A DNA stretch of 64,000 nucleotides, from contig MU058844.1 in NCBI GenBank assembly GCA_013265495.1, positions 6,881,260 through 6,945,259 on the forward strand, written 5' to 3'. Below are positions 12,822 through 25,255 of this stretch, piece by piece. Under the pieces are notes generated by a model. The model was not told where the DNA came from. It saw only the letters and a program-made list of their open reading frames with translations, and ran no database searches. The position numbers and the translations under genes are program-made. The first letter of the stretch is position 1; every line of letters starts with the position of its first letter. The stretch is from Vicugna vicugna (taxonomy: Eukaryota).

Positions 12822-13212
12822 TGTTAAAACTAAGATAACAGGCCCAAAATGGAGTTGCTCATGCTGTCTCATGTCAACAAACTGAGACTTAGCTTAATTA
12901 CAGTTTCAGTTCTCCCAGAAATGGAATCTTACACCAGTTGATCAGGAATCGCTGGATAAGCACTAATGAGGTAATCTGCCTGACAGACAGACCTCTGTCA
13001 TTTCCTAAAGCAAAGTAACTTTTCAGTAACCAACCCACTTTTTGCCTAGTACAACTTCCTTGTTCTTGTTCCCTTCTGTCTGTAAACGTCTTTCATTTGT
13101 ACAGCTTCTCGGAGCTCCTTTCTACCTACTAGATTGGATGCTGCCCAATTCGAATGAATTCTTGCTCAAATAAATTCTTAAAAATTTTAGTATGTCTCAG
13201 TTTAGCTTAACA
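12822..13212 (+). mobile_element. Solo ERV LTR (ERV1-class, 391 bp)
   Basis: Terminal inverted repeats TGTTAA...TTAACA; perfect 4-bp TSD TGAG (12818-12821 / 13213-13216); AATAAA near the 3' end (~13169). Confidence 0.9.
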
Positions 13213-14077
13213 TGAGTCACACAAAAACACGCACAAAACTTCTTTTCCTTTAACTTCTAGTCATGGACATCAATTAATAAGAAAAGGCAAAAAGAACTTT
13301 GCATGCTATAGATTGGAAGCCACTTTTAACTCTCAATTTAGAAACCATTACCTCTAGTGCCTATCTTCTTTGAAGTGTGCAAATGAAAGTGTTAAAGGAA
13401 CAGAAACTAAAAACAGACTTAAAAGCCAGCAAGTAGAAAGACAAAAACAGATGACAGAAAAACAAGGAGATGCCAGTACTGATTCAATAGTTTCTCATTT
13501 TGAAGTAAACATAAAAGTGCTTGGTTTTGAAAACTGTAAGTAGGAAGAATTTGTCTTACCTGGAAGCTAATGTTCAGGGAATTTGGCTGAAGTATACTCA
13601 CGATAAGTACACACATCTGAATTTATCCACTGTTTTTCGTGACACAGAGAAGGAAACCCTTGAATACACCAACTGACACAAATTTACATGCCCGTGAAAA
13701 AGAGCTTTTTGTATGCATTGCCTTTGATACATTTAATACATGATAGTGATCATTACCACCACATAAAAGAACAACATGTAGTACTTAAGGTTGCTAAGGT
13801 CTATGGCAGGAGATAACACTTAAAGAATAATAAATATTTATAAAGATAGGACAAAATAGTTTGTAACTTGAAAAGTGGAAGTCAAAGCAATACTCAATTT
13901 GTCAGATCTGACAAACCGGAACAGGAATTCTAACCTCAAATGATGGAAATGTCTACACAGTAACAGCATATTCTAGCAGAATTAAATTTGTTAATACGGG
14001 TATTCATTTTTTCTAGTTTTTTATTCTCCTTATTTTCTATGTTAGATATATTCTATGTGAAGTATAACTGAACATCA

Positions 14078-14320
14078 GAAGCAGTGCATAGTGATGTTTC
14101 AGAGTTTGGACTCTGGAGCCAAGCTATCTGGGTGGAAATGTGGCTCTGTCTTTTACTAGTAGGACAGCTTCAGCAAATTGCTTAACCTCCCTGTAGCGCA
14201 ATTTCCTGACCTGTAAAATGGTAATAAGAGTGGAAGTGGTGTTTTGAGGATGAAATAAAATTATTCATCTAAGGAGTTTAGATCAGTACTTACACAGCAC
14301 TATACAAGTGTTTATTAAAT
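14078..14320 (+). mobile_element. MIR SINE (near full length)
   Basis: GGACTCTGGAGCCA...GCAAATTGCTTAACCTCCCTGT...TTTCCTGACCTGTAAAATGG matches the MIR core. Confidence 0.85.
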
Positions 14321-14430
14321 ATTTAGGAACTCGGACAATCTGAATTAAGGACACACTATTTATGATATTTAGAAAAATGGCAATTGATATTTTCAATTTC
14401 ATATGCTGCCTTGAAATAAAACCTTGTTTT

Positions 14431-14740
14431 TACCTATTTTTAATTTTTTTTTATTGAAGTATAGTCAATTTACAATGTTGTATTAATTTCTGGTGTACAG
14501 CATAGTGATTCAGTTATACATATGTGTGCATATATTCCTTTTCATATTCTTTTTCATTATAGGCTATTACGAGGTATTGAATATAGGTCCATGTGCTATA
14601 CAGTAGGTCTTTGTTGTTTATCTATTTTATATATAGTAGCTAGTATCTGCAGATCCCAAACTCCCAATTTATCTCTGCACTCCTCTGATCTGTTCGCCCC
14701 GTAATCACAAGTTTGTTTTCTGTCTGTGAGTCTGTTTCTG
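14431..14740 (-). mobile_element. 5'-truncated LINE-1 3'UTR
   Basis: Poly-T then TATTGAAGTATAGT (antisense L1 end); TSD TAAAA(C/T)CTTGTTTT at 14417-14430 and 14741-14754 (13/14). Confidence 0.9.
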
Positions 14741-15074
14741 TAAAATCTTGTTTTAATGATTAGATAGCAGCTAACTGAAATAAGCAAAGCAGAATAAGAT
14801 CCTAAGCACCACTTGGCTCTGCTTATCTATCTGATTGTAAATGCATTTCCAGAAGTGTTTAAAAGCATTTGATTCTTTAATCATTCTTAATGTTACCCCT
14901 TTACAACTGGTTCACACTTTGGATTTCAACAGTTCACAATATGATTATACACCGTACAAATAAAATTTTAGCCTGATCTATCAGAATTTAAGAAGACTTC
15001 TCAAATCTAATATTCATTATTCATCTCTATTTTGTATAGCTCTTAACACAGGTTGCCTTTAGTTGAAATTCTTT

Positions 15075-15099
15075 ACACACACACACACACACACACACA
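15075..15099 (+). repeat. (AC)n microsatellite
   Basis: About 12 AC units read directly. Confidence 0.95.
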
Positions 15100-17815
15100 T
15101 TTCTAACTATGTATTCTAGAACTCCGAACATATATAACCAGAAGTTCAAATGAGTGAGGGCTTTTTCTCTTTAAATATTGATTTTCGGTATTTTGTGTCT
15201 GTGTGTGTGTGTGCGCGGGTGCACGGACGTGTGTGATGATTTGGAATTTCTTCTTTTACTTCTGATGCCTATATGCAGTTCAAATTAAAAAAAAAACTTA
15301 TGCATTCATATTAAGAGAGCACTAGACATGTTATGGGGAACACAGATGAAAAAGACCTGCAGGATACACAGGTAGAAAGACACAGACACACACGACTGAC
15401 TATAACTCAGGGCAGTTAAAGTGTTGTTACATGCATTAAGTGTTCCATCTAATCAAGGCCAGAAATGAGCCAGGAGCAATGCAAAACACGAGAAGTATTC
15501 TTAGAGGTAATGATGTTGAGATGGACTTTAGGTATGAGGAAGAAAATAATTCATGCCAAACAAACCAGCTTGGTCAAAGGTAAAGAAATGAAGAAATGTC
15601 AGAGACAGACTAATAGTATAACAGTATCAGTGATAACTAATCAGGTGTTGCCCTAAGCAGATTCTCGGTGTTAATTCAGTTAATTCACATCAATCCTGTG
15701 AAGTAGACACTCTCATTATCTTATTTTTATATGTAAGAAAATTGAGCTATTCAGAATTATTTTAGTTGCTGTACTTAATTTTCCTTTTGAGAACCATTTT
15801 TCAGAGATATACATCCATGTGACTAAAGATCAATGAGTATCAGCTTTGGGAACTTCTACAGAATTACCAGAGACAAGGCCTTCATTTTTTATAAAATTCA
15901 ACAAGCAGAGAGAATATTAGCCTGGATCTACCCATCTGCCAATAGTCATCATCCTAACTCTGTAGAGAGATGGCCTAATGATATTTCTTCAGACAGGATA
16001 CAGCTGAATCAAGAAATAGAGAGGCCTCATATTCCTTTGACATTGTTTAATTCCTGGAGGAAGCAATATCTAAAATCAAATACCCTCTCTTGATTTACTT
16101 ATTATATGAGTTAGTAAAATGCCCTTTCCTTTTTTGCTTAAAATAATGTGAGTTTTTTTTTTTTCCTTACTGGCAATCAGTGACTATCTGTCTAAGAAGA
16201 GTAAGAGGTGCAGAGGGATAGAGAAATGTCAGTTTACTCTCTGAAATAAGAAGAAGGAAAACATGAATGATAAAAAAGAAAAATCTTTGAAAATCCATGG
16301 GTCATGGATATTTTGCAATGTTATGTATAGGATAATGCAATATAATTGTAATATACTACTTACTAAAATTTGTCAACATTAATTTTATTTTTAAAATGCA
16401 TTATATGTTAATAATTTAATATCATTTTTTGCATTAAAAAGCTGAATTTCCTAGATATCTCAATACTGGATGTTCCCTGTTATTGTCTCATCCAATTACA
16501 TTTTTATAAATTCAGTGTTATTTTTGTCTCAATATTAACTCTGTATTTTATGTATATGTTATTATATATCAACAATTACATCAATTATATATTATAATTT
16601 ATAGTTGTAACATCTTGGTAACCTATGTAAATTGCTGAGTTTATTTAACTGCCTAAATTGAGCACTAATAATTACTTTCAGTTGCCCTATTGGTATAATG
16701 CTGTACCTACTCATTAGAAAATCTATACATGTACAATTTCTTAACTTCACATTTAATGACTAGGATTGTCATAAATAATAAGTTGTTTCTTCAATAGGTG
16801 CATTTTTCTTAATTTTACATTTTCTTTCAATTCAACTACAAGCAAAATAAATGGGCATTTTCTTTCAATCAAAATAAATTAACAGCAAATATTTATTATT
16901 TTTCACTCATGAAGATTGTATAAAATCCTCCACTGATCTCTCCCAACTTGTCAGGAAACAATGTTATTCATATCTTGATTAGATAACATGTAGAAATCTC
17001 ATATGTAAAAATTAAGATTTTATTTTTTCTCAGGAAGCAAATCTGAAAAATGTTTCTTCTGATGTCCTTTTAGCAAGATTCTTTTAGAGTGAAAAATAGT
17101 TTAATATAATTAGCATTTATAAGTAGTTTTGGCATGCTGTCTTTGAAAATGACTTTATTTATTAATATTTGTTACTTTAAAGATATGTAACATGCATATA
17201 ATTTATAAGCACAATACTATTATAAAGCACGGTAAAATAAATATTACTCATGAACTATCTACTCAACCTTAGAACTAGAAAATTTACAGTAATTTGAGTC
17301 TATTTCATGATTAGTCCCTCTCCAATCATTTCCTCTACTTCCTCTCTGAGATCTAAATGATTTTCCAAATTGATTTTGCCTAAGAAAACAGTAAAATTCA
17401 TAATTTTTATCATAGTAGTTATTAGAACAAACTACTATATAGTGGACAGAAAAATAATGCAGTGAATTTACCTTTAATAAAAATACATCTAGAATAAGTT
17501 TTATTTACAAGACACAACTTTTTTAAATAATAGGAAATCCAGGGTTCATGTTTCCCACATATTGAATCCAGTGCTAGATTTCATAATAGCATAATAACAA
17601 AACAATGATTTTCCATTGACCTTGGAAAATCTCATAAATAACAACATTTCAAATATTGGAACATTTATTACTTTTTAAACTTATGCTGTTCATGGATGTT
17701 CTTTGGCAAATTTAATAGGCATGCAGTTCCTAGTTTACTGCAAATAAGATTTCTCCTCAAATTTTATAAATTCCTGATATAAACTAACTGAAGTTAAATG
17801 TAGTCTTAGATTTTT

Positions 17816-17913
17816 ATTTATTATGTTTATTTAAATGAGGTACTAGGGATTGAAACCAGGACCTCGTGCATAGTAAGTGTGCACTCTACCACTGGGCTAT
17901 ATCTACTACCACT
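17816..17913 (-). mobile_element. Camelid tRNA-derived SINE (Vic-1-like, short form)
   Basis: Minus strand reads TATAGCCCAGTGGTAGAGTGC...GAGGTCCTGGTTTCAATCCCTAGTACCTC (A/B boxes) plus an A-rich tail; perfect 13-bp TSD GTCTTAGATTTTT (17803-17815 / 17914-17926). Confidence 0.9.
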
Positions 17914-19309
17914 GTCTTAGATTTTTTAATCTAATAATATATTCTGTTTTGGCTGTCAAAGTAACTCAAAGGAACCATTCTGATTTGAGAGTGAAGAATT
18001 CAAATAGCCATGAATCTAATAAGAAATCTGCAAGATGCAAAAAAAGTTAAAAATGACATGGAATCTTTTAATGCTGATTTTCATTTGGGGAATTAGTCAT
18101 GTCATTCTCAAGGAATTTATGAAGGATCTGATAGCTCTTAGAGCATATCTTTATTATTTTCCAGTTATATGGATTGTGGAAAGTTCTCTGTTGATTACTC
18201 CTAAGTCAACAAGAAACAATGCTATTCAATTATGTAATAACATTATTCATTCAGTCAACAAATATTTTATCAAAAAATATTTATTGAGCCCATACCCTGT
18301 ACCTGTCTCTGTTCCAGGTTCTGGTAATCTAGCAGTGAACAAGACACATTTTCTGCCCTATGGAGCATCAACAAACCAAACTGAATTATTTTAAAAATTC
18401 AGTATGGAAACAATAATGCAAATTGGAAACAGAAAATATCATTTTTCTTTTAACTTTTCATTCGAATGACTGTTATTTTATAGATAAAGCCTAAAATTAT
18501 TTCTATTAAAGACCAATGATTATTTTTGGAATCAAGTCATTTATTGAATAATGCATTTGAAAAGAGGCCATGGCTTTAATGACATTCAAGAAACAGGTTT
18601 AGGAAAGACTTATAATTAATATTCAAGACTTATAATTAATACTAATTTCATCCTAAAAACATGTATCTTTATTAAACAAATTTGAGATATTGAATAAAAA
18701 ACTGATCTATTGAAATATTTGTATCATAATTTAATTTTCTTGCCTATGTGGTAGGATTATATTTTTTTCTAGATTTGAGATTAAGGGGAATTTTATTTCC
18801 TATGCATCTTTAAGGTATTTATAATTATGTTCTGTAGAACTATATTGAAAAGAAGAAGATTTTAATATGTACTTGCTCTTCACATTCTTGTTTTCATAAT
18901 TTTTATGAATTCCCATGGAGGCAAATGCATATTATCACCAAGTTACTTCAGGGACTCTACTTCCTATGGAGAAAGTGGTGATCTAAATAAGTTTCCTACT
19001 ATGTTACTGGACAACCTTCTACACTGTTTGAAACAATAAGAACTGTGTAGTAGCCAATAGCTTATTGAAACTGAATTTTTTGACACTCAATTACTTGTTC
19101 TCAAACTGGTAAAATGTAGTCAAATGATCAAAATTGATTTTATTTTTTAGCTGGGAAATAGCATGTATATTTGTCTCATAGTTCAGAAATACAAAGCAGA
19201 TAAATATAATAGTTAAAGATTATAGCTTAATTCCTGCTTATAGATGATTTGTTTGGCTAGTGAGTTTAAAAGAAATTTATTATAAAATATGAAACAATAT
19301 ATCATAATT

Positions 19310-19795
19310 TTCAAAAATGGTCACAATCCTTTATTTCAGCCTGTATCTACATCCTTTGTCATATGACACTGCAACTCTTGTAACTACAAAGGCAGTTTCT
19401 TCTACATTGAAAGTTGACCTGACCTTGTACCTTGTTTGGCCAGTAGAATGCTGTAGACATGGAAGCTGTGGAGTGGATTCTCACTCTGTATCTCAAAGAC
19501 TGTGTGTATTTTTGTTCTTGTTGACTCTCTGTGTGTCTACTATCACCACCATAAGAACATGGCCAAGCTGGCCTGTTGCAGGGTGAGAGACATGTGGAGT
19601 AGAGCTGACTCACCCCAGCAGATTCCAACAGCTTATCTGACACACAAAAGCATGAGTGGACACACCTGAAATTAGTAGTGCTCCCATGCTGATGGCAGCA
19701 GATGAGTGAACTATATACACTTACTGTAGTATTTCGTAAGAACTTCATGGCCATTTGTTATGCATGATTATTGTGGTCTTAAACAATTGATAAAT
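19310..19795 (+). mobile_element. MaLR solo LTR (MLT1F/G-like)
   Basis: AAAAATGGTCACAAT start, TTGTTTGGCCAGTAGAATG core, TTTGTTATGCA...AATTGATAAA end. Confidence 0.75.
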
Positions 19796-22389
19796 ATTTT
19801 TCAAGATCTACTTAAATTTTTTGATAGTTAAATATTTTCAAGATCTACTTAAATTTTTTGATAGTTAAAGTGTGGACAAATTAATTAATTGTAGATTATT
19901 CATATAACAGATCTTTCAGGTTCTAAATTCTAAGAGCTTGAATCATATTGCCAGTTTCCTTTTCATAATATATCTCAAAGAATTTGCACTTGGAACAGCT
20001 CAGCAATAACTCATTAGAAAAGGGTGAAATGAATCAGTAATATGAGAAAAAAACTAAAAATCTACAAAAACATACAAAATATTTTCTATAATCACAATAA
20101 ACTCTGTTTTGAATGAAATAAAGATTTTCACTAAAACCCAGAGCAATTACTCCTTAAATAAATTTACTTCTGCTAAATATTTTCCCATTTTAGACAGAAT
20201 TGAATATTAATAGATCCAAGTATGTTTTAATAAGAATTATTTTAGTTAGAGGAAACCCAGTTCTGGAATGTCTGTATTTTCTTCAAAAATTGTGTTTTCT
20301 TCAAAAATCACAAGTACAACTAACATGAAAATGAATTAAATTCACCTTGCTTCATCCATCTATAAATAAGATAAAAATGTAATCAGAGACCCTCAAATGA
20401 TAGAATAAAATGGCATAAATGCAATTAGAGTTTAATGAACCAATAATTATCAAGGTTTCACAGCTGCACTTTTCTTTAACTTTGGATCCAACCTTCTCAA
20501 TGTCATATTAAACCTGTAATTAGAAACTGTTCTTATTTCAATAAAATATTCACAATTAACCCATGGGAGGCCCTTCCCCTAAACCCTAAACAACAAATTG
20601 ATGACAGGCTAATCAATGTTAACTCCTCTAATTCTATGGTGTTGCAAATAGATGCATACTTTTCATTTACCTTACCTGGTTGCAGAAATAACATTATTCC
20701 ATCAAAAACTCAATCAGTAATAAGTTTCAAAGCTCACTTAAGGAACTTGTCCTCTGGCTAATTCAAAATCTCTCCTGGGCCATTATTCTGGTAAGGAGTC
20801 TGGTGCTCAAGAGTTGATGTTAGTTTGGTAACGAAAGTGATAGATGATAACTGCTCTCAGAGATGTACACATGAAAACTACTTTCTCTTTTATCTCTCCT
20901 TTTTAATTTATTCTAGTCTTTAACTTTTGGCTATGAAAATGTGTTCACTTTTCTCCCTTTCAAAGATAGCCATATCATATGTATTTGTTTTCTAGGACTT
21001 TAAAGGCAGTTGCCAATCTCTGCATTTCTTTGTGATTATCCACTCTGACAATTGCTTGTTTTCCCACTGGAGTGTGCGGGATTTTCACGCTTGGCTCTAC
21101 TGCTTTAAGCATACTGTAGACTAATTCAAAAACTATGTCCTATTCCTTTGCATGTTAGCAAAAATTTTAAAAAATGTAATATGAATGCTCATGCCTGGAA
21201 TTTACAGGAACAGACAATTATTTTTATGGATCATTTCAAATTATTAGCTAATTTAAACAAAGCTATTTCATTATCTTATGGTACTTACATCATTTCTTAT
21301 AGGGCACTTAGATCTACAATGATAGTCGGTAATAAGAGCTATCATTTATTATTTTCTTAATCTAGTCCAGGAAAAATGTTAAATTAGTTACCCTAAAAAG
21401 TTATTTTTAAGGAATTATCCCTATTTGAGAAATGTGGCAGTTGAGACTTGCAAAAGAGTATTGACTTTTCAGAAGTTGTGAAGCCACTAAGTAGTAGGGC
21501 CAGGATTTTAGAGCCCATGTATAGTCAGTCACCATTCAGTTTCTAAGACTTTTTTTCTCCCCTCTGGTCAATTTTAGTATCATCTCCACACCCCTTCCCC
21601 CACCATCAGTGTGTGTATTTTCGTTTTTCTAATAAATTCATCTTATTAATTAAAAGGCATATAGTTTTTATTTTTGTAGCTCTTTTCATATGATAAATAT
21701 AGCAACAATCTCAATTTTAAGACCATCAAGGACCAGCATGATGTTTGAGGATGGTGATATTCATTGGAAAGAGGCCAACTGGACATTGTAAAATAATGCT
21801 AAATTAAGGAAAGGATTAGGCTATGTATATTGTCAAGATGCATAAAGATGCAGGAGAAGTCTTTGAATGTTGACATTAAAAAAAATACACAGTAAACACA
21901 ATGTCATTCAAATGGCTAGTGTTTAGTTTTAAATGAATTATTTCCATGCCAGAGCAGACCCATAGCATTGCTTGGCTTACTTAATAAAACTGAACCAGAA
22001 ATCAAAAATGTTGTTCTAATCCTAGTTTTAATCACAAACTAGATTTTGGAAAAGTCATTTGATTTTGTGAGAGCCTCAGGATTCCCACATATAAAATGAA
22101 GGTTGTTAAAATCTTTGTCCCTAATTAGCTGTCACAGCAACACAATCTATTCAAATCAACTCAGTAACGTGAAATGATAATCAACCATGTGCAAGGTTTA
22201 GGCACTACATAAATGAAGAAATTTCTATCCTCACTTTTAGGATTTTGCACTCTCATTTGAGTTAGACACTGAAATACATAATATGGTGTGAGAGTTGCAA
22301 TGGCATTTTTATGTTCAAGGTATAGCAAATAAAGTAATTGATTCTATTCATTTAAGCAATTTGAAGTTTCCATAAAATGAGTGGCTTCA

Positions 22390-22812
22390 CTGATAGGCTG
22401 CTGACTGTACCCTCCAAATCTGTTTTCTTCTTCTCCTCAGGTTGTGGTCTCCCAGCTTCCTGTTACAGACTCCAGCCTCCCTCGTAGCTGTGAGCAGCCG
22501 GGGTAGGAAGTGTGATTGGTGCACCTTCCTTACTTCAACAAAGATAAATTGTTGCCTTGGGTTTTATCTAATTTTCCTCCCCTGCAGACTGGAATGCAAA
22601 TGATTTGCATCTCAGCTTGGACCACACAAAAGAGCCTGATGCCTAATAAATGGCACAGCAAATGAAGGAAGGAACTTGGGTCCCTGAATGACTTCATGGA
22701 GCACAGTTGCCTCACTAGCTAGTATCTGGACTGTTTCACGAGAAAAACAAAAAAATTATTTGCATTTCTTTGTTATATTTACCCTAGCTTAGCCTTCACC
22801 TCAGTGAATACA
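22390..22812 (+). mobile_element. MaLR solo LTR (MLT1J-like)
   Basis: CCAGCCTCCCTCGTAGCT, GGAAGGAACTTGGGTCCCTGAATGAC and TGAATACA terminus. Confidence 0.75.
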
Positions 22813-23684
22813 ACATTTGAATTTGGACTAGCTCTTGTATTACCAGATGGCAGAGGATGAAAGCAGAGTAGTTAAAACTGAAGTTGAGAAGGTAGTAAGA
22901 TGCCAGGTCTTTAAGAGGCTTAAATTTCATTAAAATATTCTGAAAGAAAATAAGATCAAAGACAAAAATAATTTGACTATGAAAGAAAAGTGTGCTGTTT
23001 GATTGTGATTTGCTTGAAATGACATAAAGATGTTTACAAGGGAGGACAAGTGACAGCTCAGATACTTAACAGGATGACAGCACATGAAGTATTCCATGTG
23101 ATTCAGACAAGCCAGGATGCTCCAGCTAGTCAGTACCCACAGAAAACGTTAGTATTTTAGGTTGACATGTTCTAGCTGAACTTATAACCAGTTAGGTATC
23201 CTTCAATACATTGAAAAAGAAGAGCCATCTGTGGATAATGTGGTAATTAGTTTACTCTTTGCCTGCATTAACAATTCCAACATTAATCTGATTCAGAACT
23301 TGTAACATCCAGTTCTAGAAAACTCTCTGACTTTCAGCACACAGTGACCTGTCACCATATGACTTCTCAGTGGGTAGAGAAATCAATTCCAACTATCAGT
23401 TAGATAGTGACAATTTGTATAGTTTCATTCAAGGGAGAACAGAGTTAAAATGTTTCCTTTTACATCCTGTCTTAATATCGTCAGTTTTCTTTATGTTCTG
23501 CTGCAAATAATCATAATAAAAGAAATAGCAAGCACTATATGTTGGGAAGGGGAGGTTACACATTACTCACAGATGTATAGACCTGTTTACAACAAAGTAT
23601 GTTTTTCTTCCTCCTTTCAATTTTGTAATTTCCCTTTGTCCTTATTTATAATTCAATAGAAATTAAATATTAATTTCTATGGTA

Positions 23685-23790
23685 AAGTGACCAACCATCC
23701 TAAGGAGGATTAAAAGGTTTCTTGAGATGCAGGGTTTTCAGTGCTAAAACCAGGAAAGTTTTTGAGAAAGTGGGAGGAAATGTTCACCCT
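23685..23790. mobile_element. hAT MITE (MER94-like)
   Basis: GTGACCAACCATCC...TTTTCAGTGCTAAAACCAGGA...TGTTCACCCT with degenerate TIRs. Confidence 0.7.
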
Positions 23791-23889
23791 ATTCTAGGAG
23801 GAGACAGAGAGAAAGAGAGAGATGTTCATGAGATGAATTGAGCACCAGTAGCATTGGGGACATTTACAATAATCACATTTTTTAACATA

Positions 23890-24470
23890 TTTCAGTTATA
23901 AAGTCTTTGTTTATCCATCCATTCTCAGGTTTGTGACACCGAGGCTGAGACTCAAAATCTCCTTTATCAGTTAACTTTCTCTTTCACTAGGGAGATCTGG
24001 AGGGAGAGGGACTTTGGAAGCAGGAAGAAGAGAGAAGGGACTTTCCTGTTCCCATTTATTGGTGTTGCTGTCAGCCCAGCCCAAGCAACGGTACTTCACC
24101 TGGGCACCAGTAGCAGGTGCCAAGTTTTTGGACACTCTCAGCAGGAGCCTTGTTATGTTGTATCATAGGGCAATTTGTCCCAATTTAATAGTAACCCTTT
24201 TCTGAGCTCTTGAATCACTAGCATCAGCTAAGCAGCACCCTTCCTCAGAAGTCTGAGTGCCAGCTTTATCTGGCCCCACCCTCAAGCTTATATATTCCGA
24301 TAACCTTGCTTCCTGTGTCTGGTAGCTACTTCCTACTGTTACTACATTTATGTCACTTATATGTGCCTTTTTGCTTTTTAAGCCATCCAAATGTGGAACC
24401 AAATCACTACGTTAAATTTTCCATTGAGATATGTAATTTCCATTTCTCTGTTTAAACTTTAACTGATGCA
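23890..24470 (+). mobile_element. ERVL solo LTR (LTR41/LTR33-like)
   Basis: GGAAGCAGGAAGAAGAGAGAAGGGACTT core and TTTCTCTGTTTAAACTTTAACTGATGCA end resemble LTR41-type LTRs. Confidence 0.55.
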
Positions 24471-25049
24471 AGCAGTAATTTAAAATTAAAATTAAAAACT
24501 ACAAGAAATATCATTAGATGGGTTCTGTAACCAAAAAAACCCAAATTTTTAAAGTTACCAACCGATTAGCTTTCAGATAAGATTGTTTACTGTATCAGGT
24601 TTCTTCCAAACGTGATTATAATTTCCCAATAAATAACTAACCAACAATGAGATCCTCATTTAGGAAAGGCCAATTGTATCACTTTAAAACTTCACCAGTT
24701 TTTTATATAATGAGCAAAAATAAATTTATGAAGATCGCTTTATCTGACTAATATACATACAATGTACTTACTTCTTACAAACTATAAAAAATAGAAGTTT
24801 TATCTCTTCAACTATAAAGATAAACAATTTCTCTAGAGCACATTTAACTTACATTAAGTTATTTACTATTTACTGTATAAATATAAATAAAACAAAAATG
24901 GAAAATTACATAAGGCATTATTTAGTTTTTATCCTATTAAAAAACACATTATGATCCCTATTAACTATCTACTAAAAACAGATGCATTTATATATTCATA
25001 TGGTAATATCTTATACTTTTTAAATAAGCATCCCTAAACAGTTAATTGC

Positions 25050-25255
25050 TAAGATGGAGGGCTCACTACTCTGTGCACTGTGGTAAACCCTTTAATTATA
25101 TATTCGTTTAGAATTCAGTTAATCTTCTAAGGTAAGATTATTATTATTCACATCTACATATAAAGAAATGTGGCACAGAGAAGTTATATCACTTACCCAA
25201 GGTTATGTATATTGTTGAAGCTAGTAGCCAAACCAAAGCAGGCTGACTCCTATTA
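25050..25255 (-). mobile_element. MIR SINE
   Basis: GAAATGTGGCACAGAGAAGTTATATCACTTACCCAAGGTTA is the antisense MIR core. Confidence 0.75.

Noticed and set aside
13552..13620. Minus-strand exon ending at CAG|GTAAGA (~13560)
   Set aside because: No polypyrimidine acceptor nearby and no recognisable peptide; isolated donors are common by chance.
23985..24002. CTCF site within the LTR41-like element
   Set aside because: CACTAGGGAGATCTGG has lost the GGC core; too degenerate to call.
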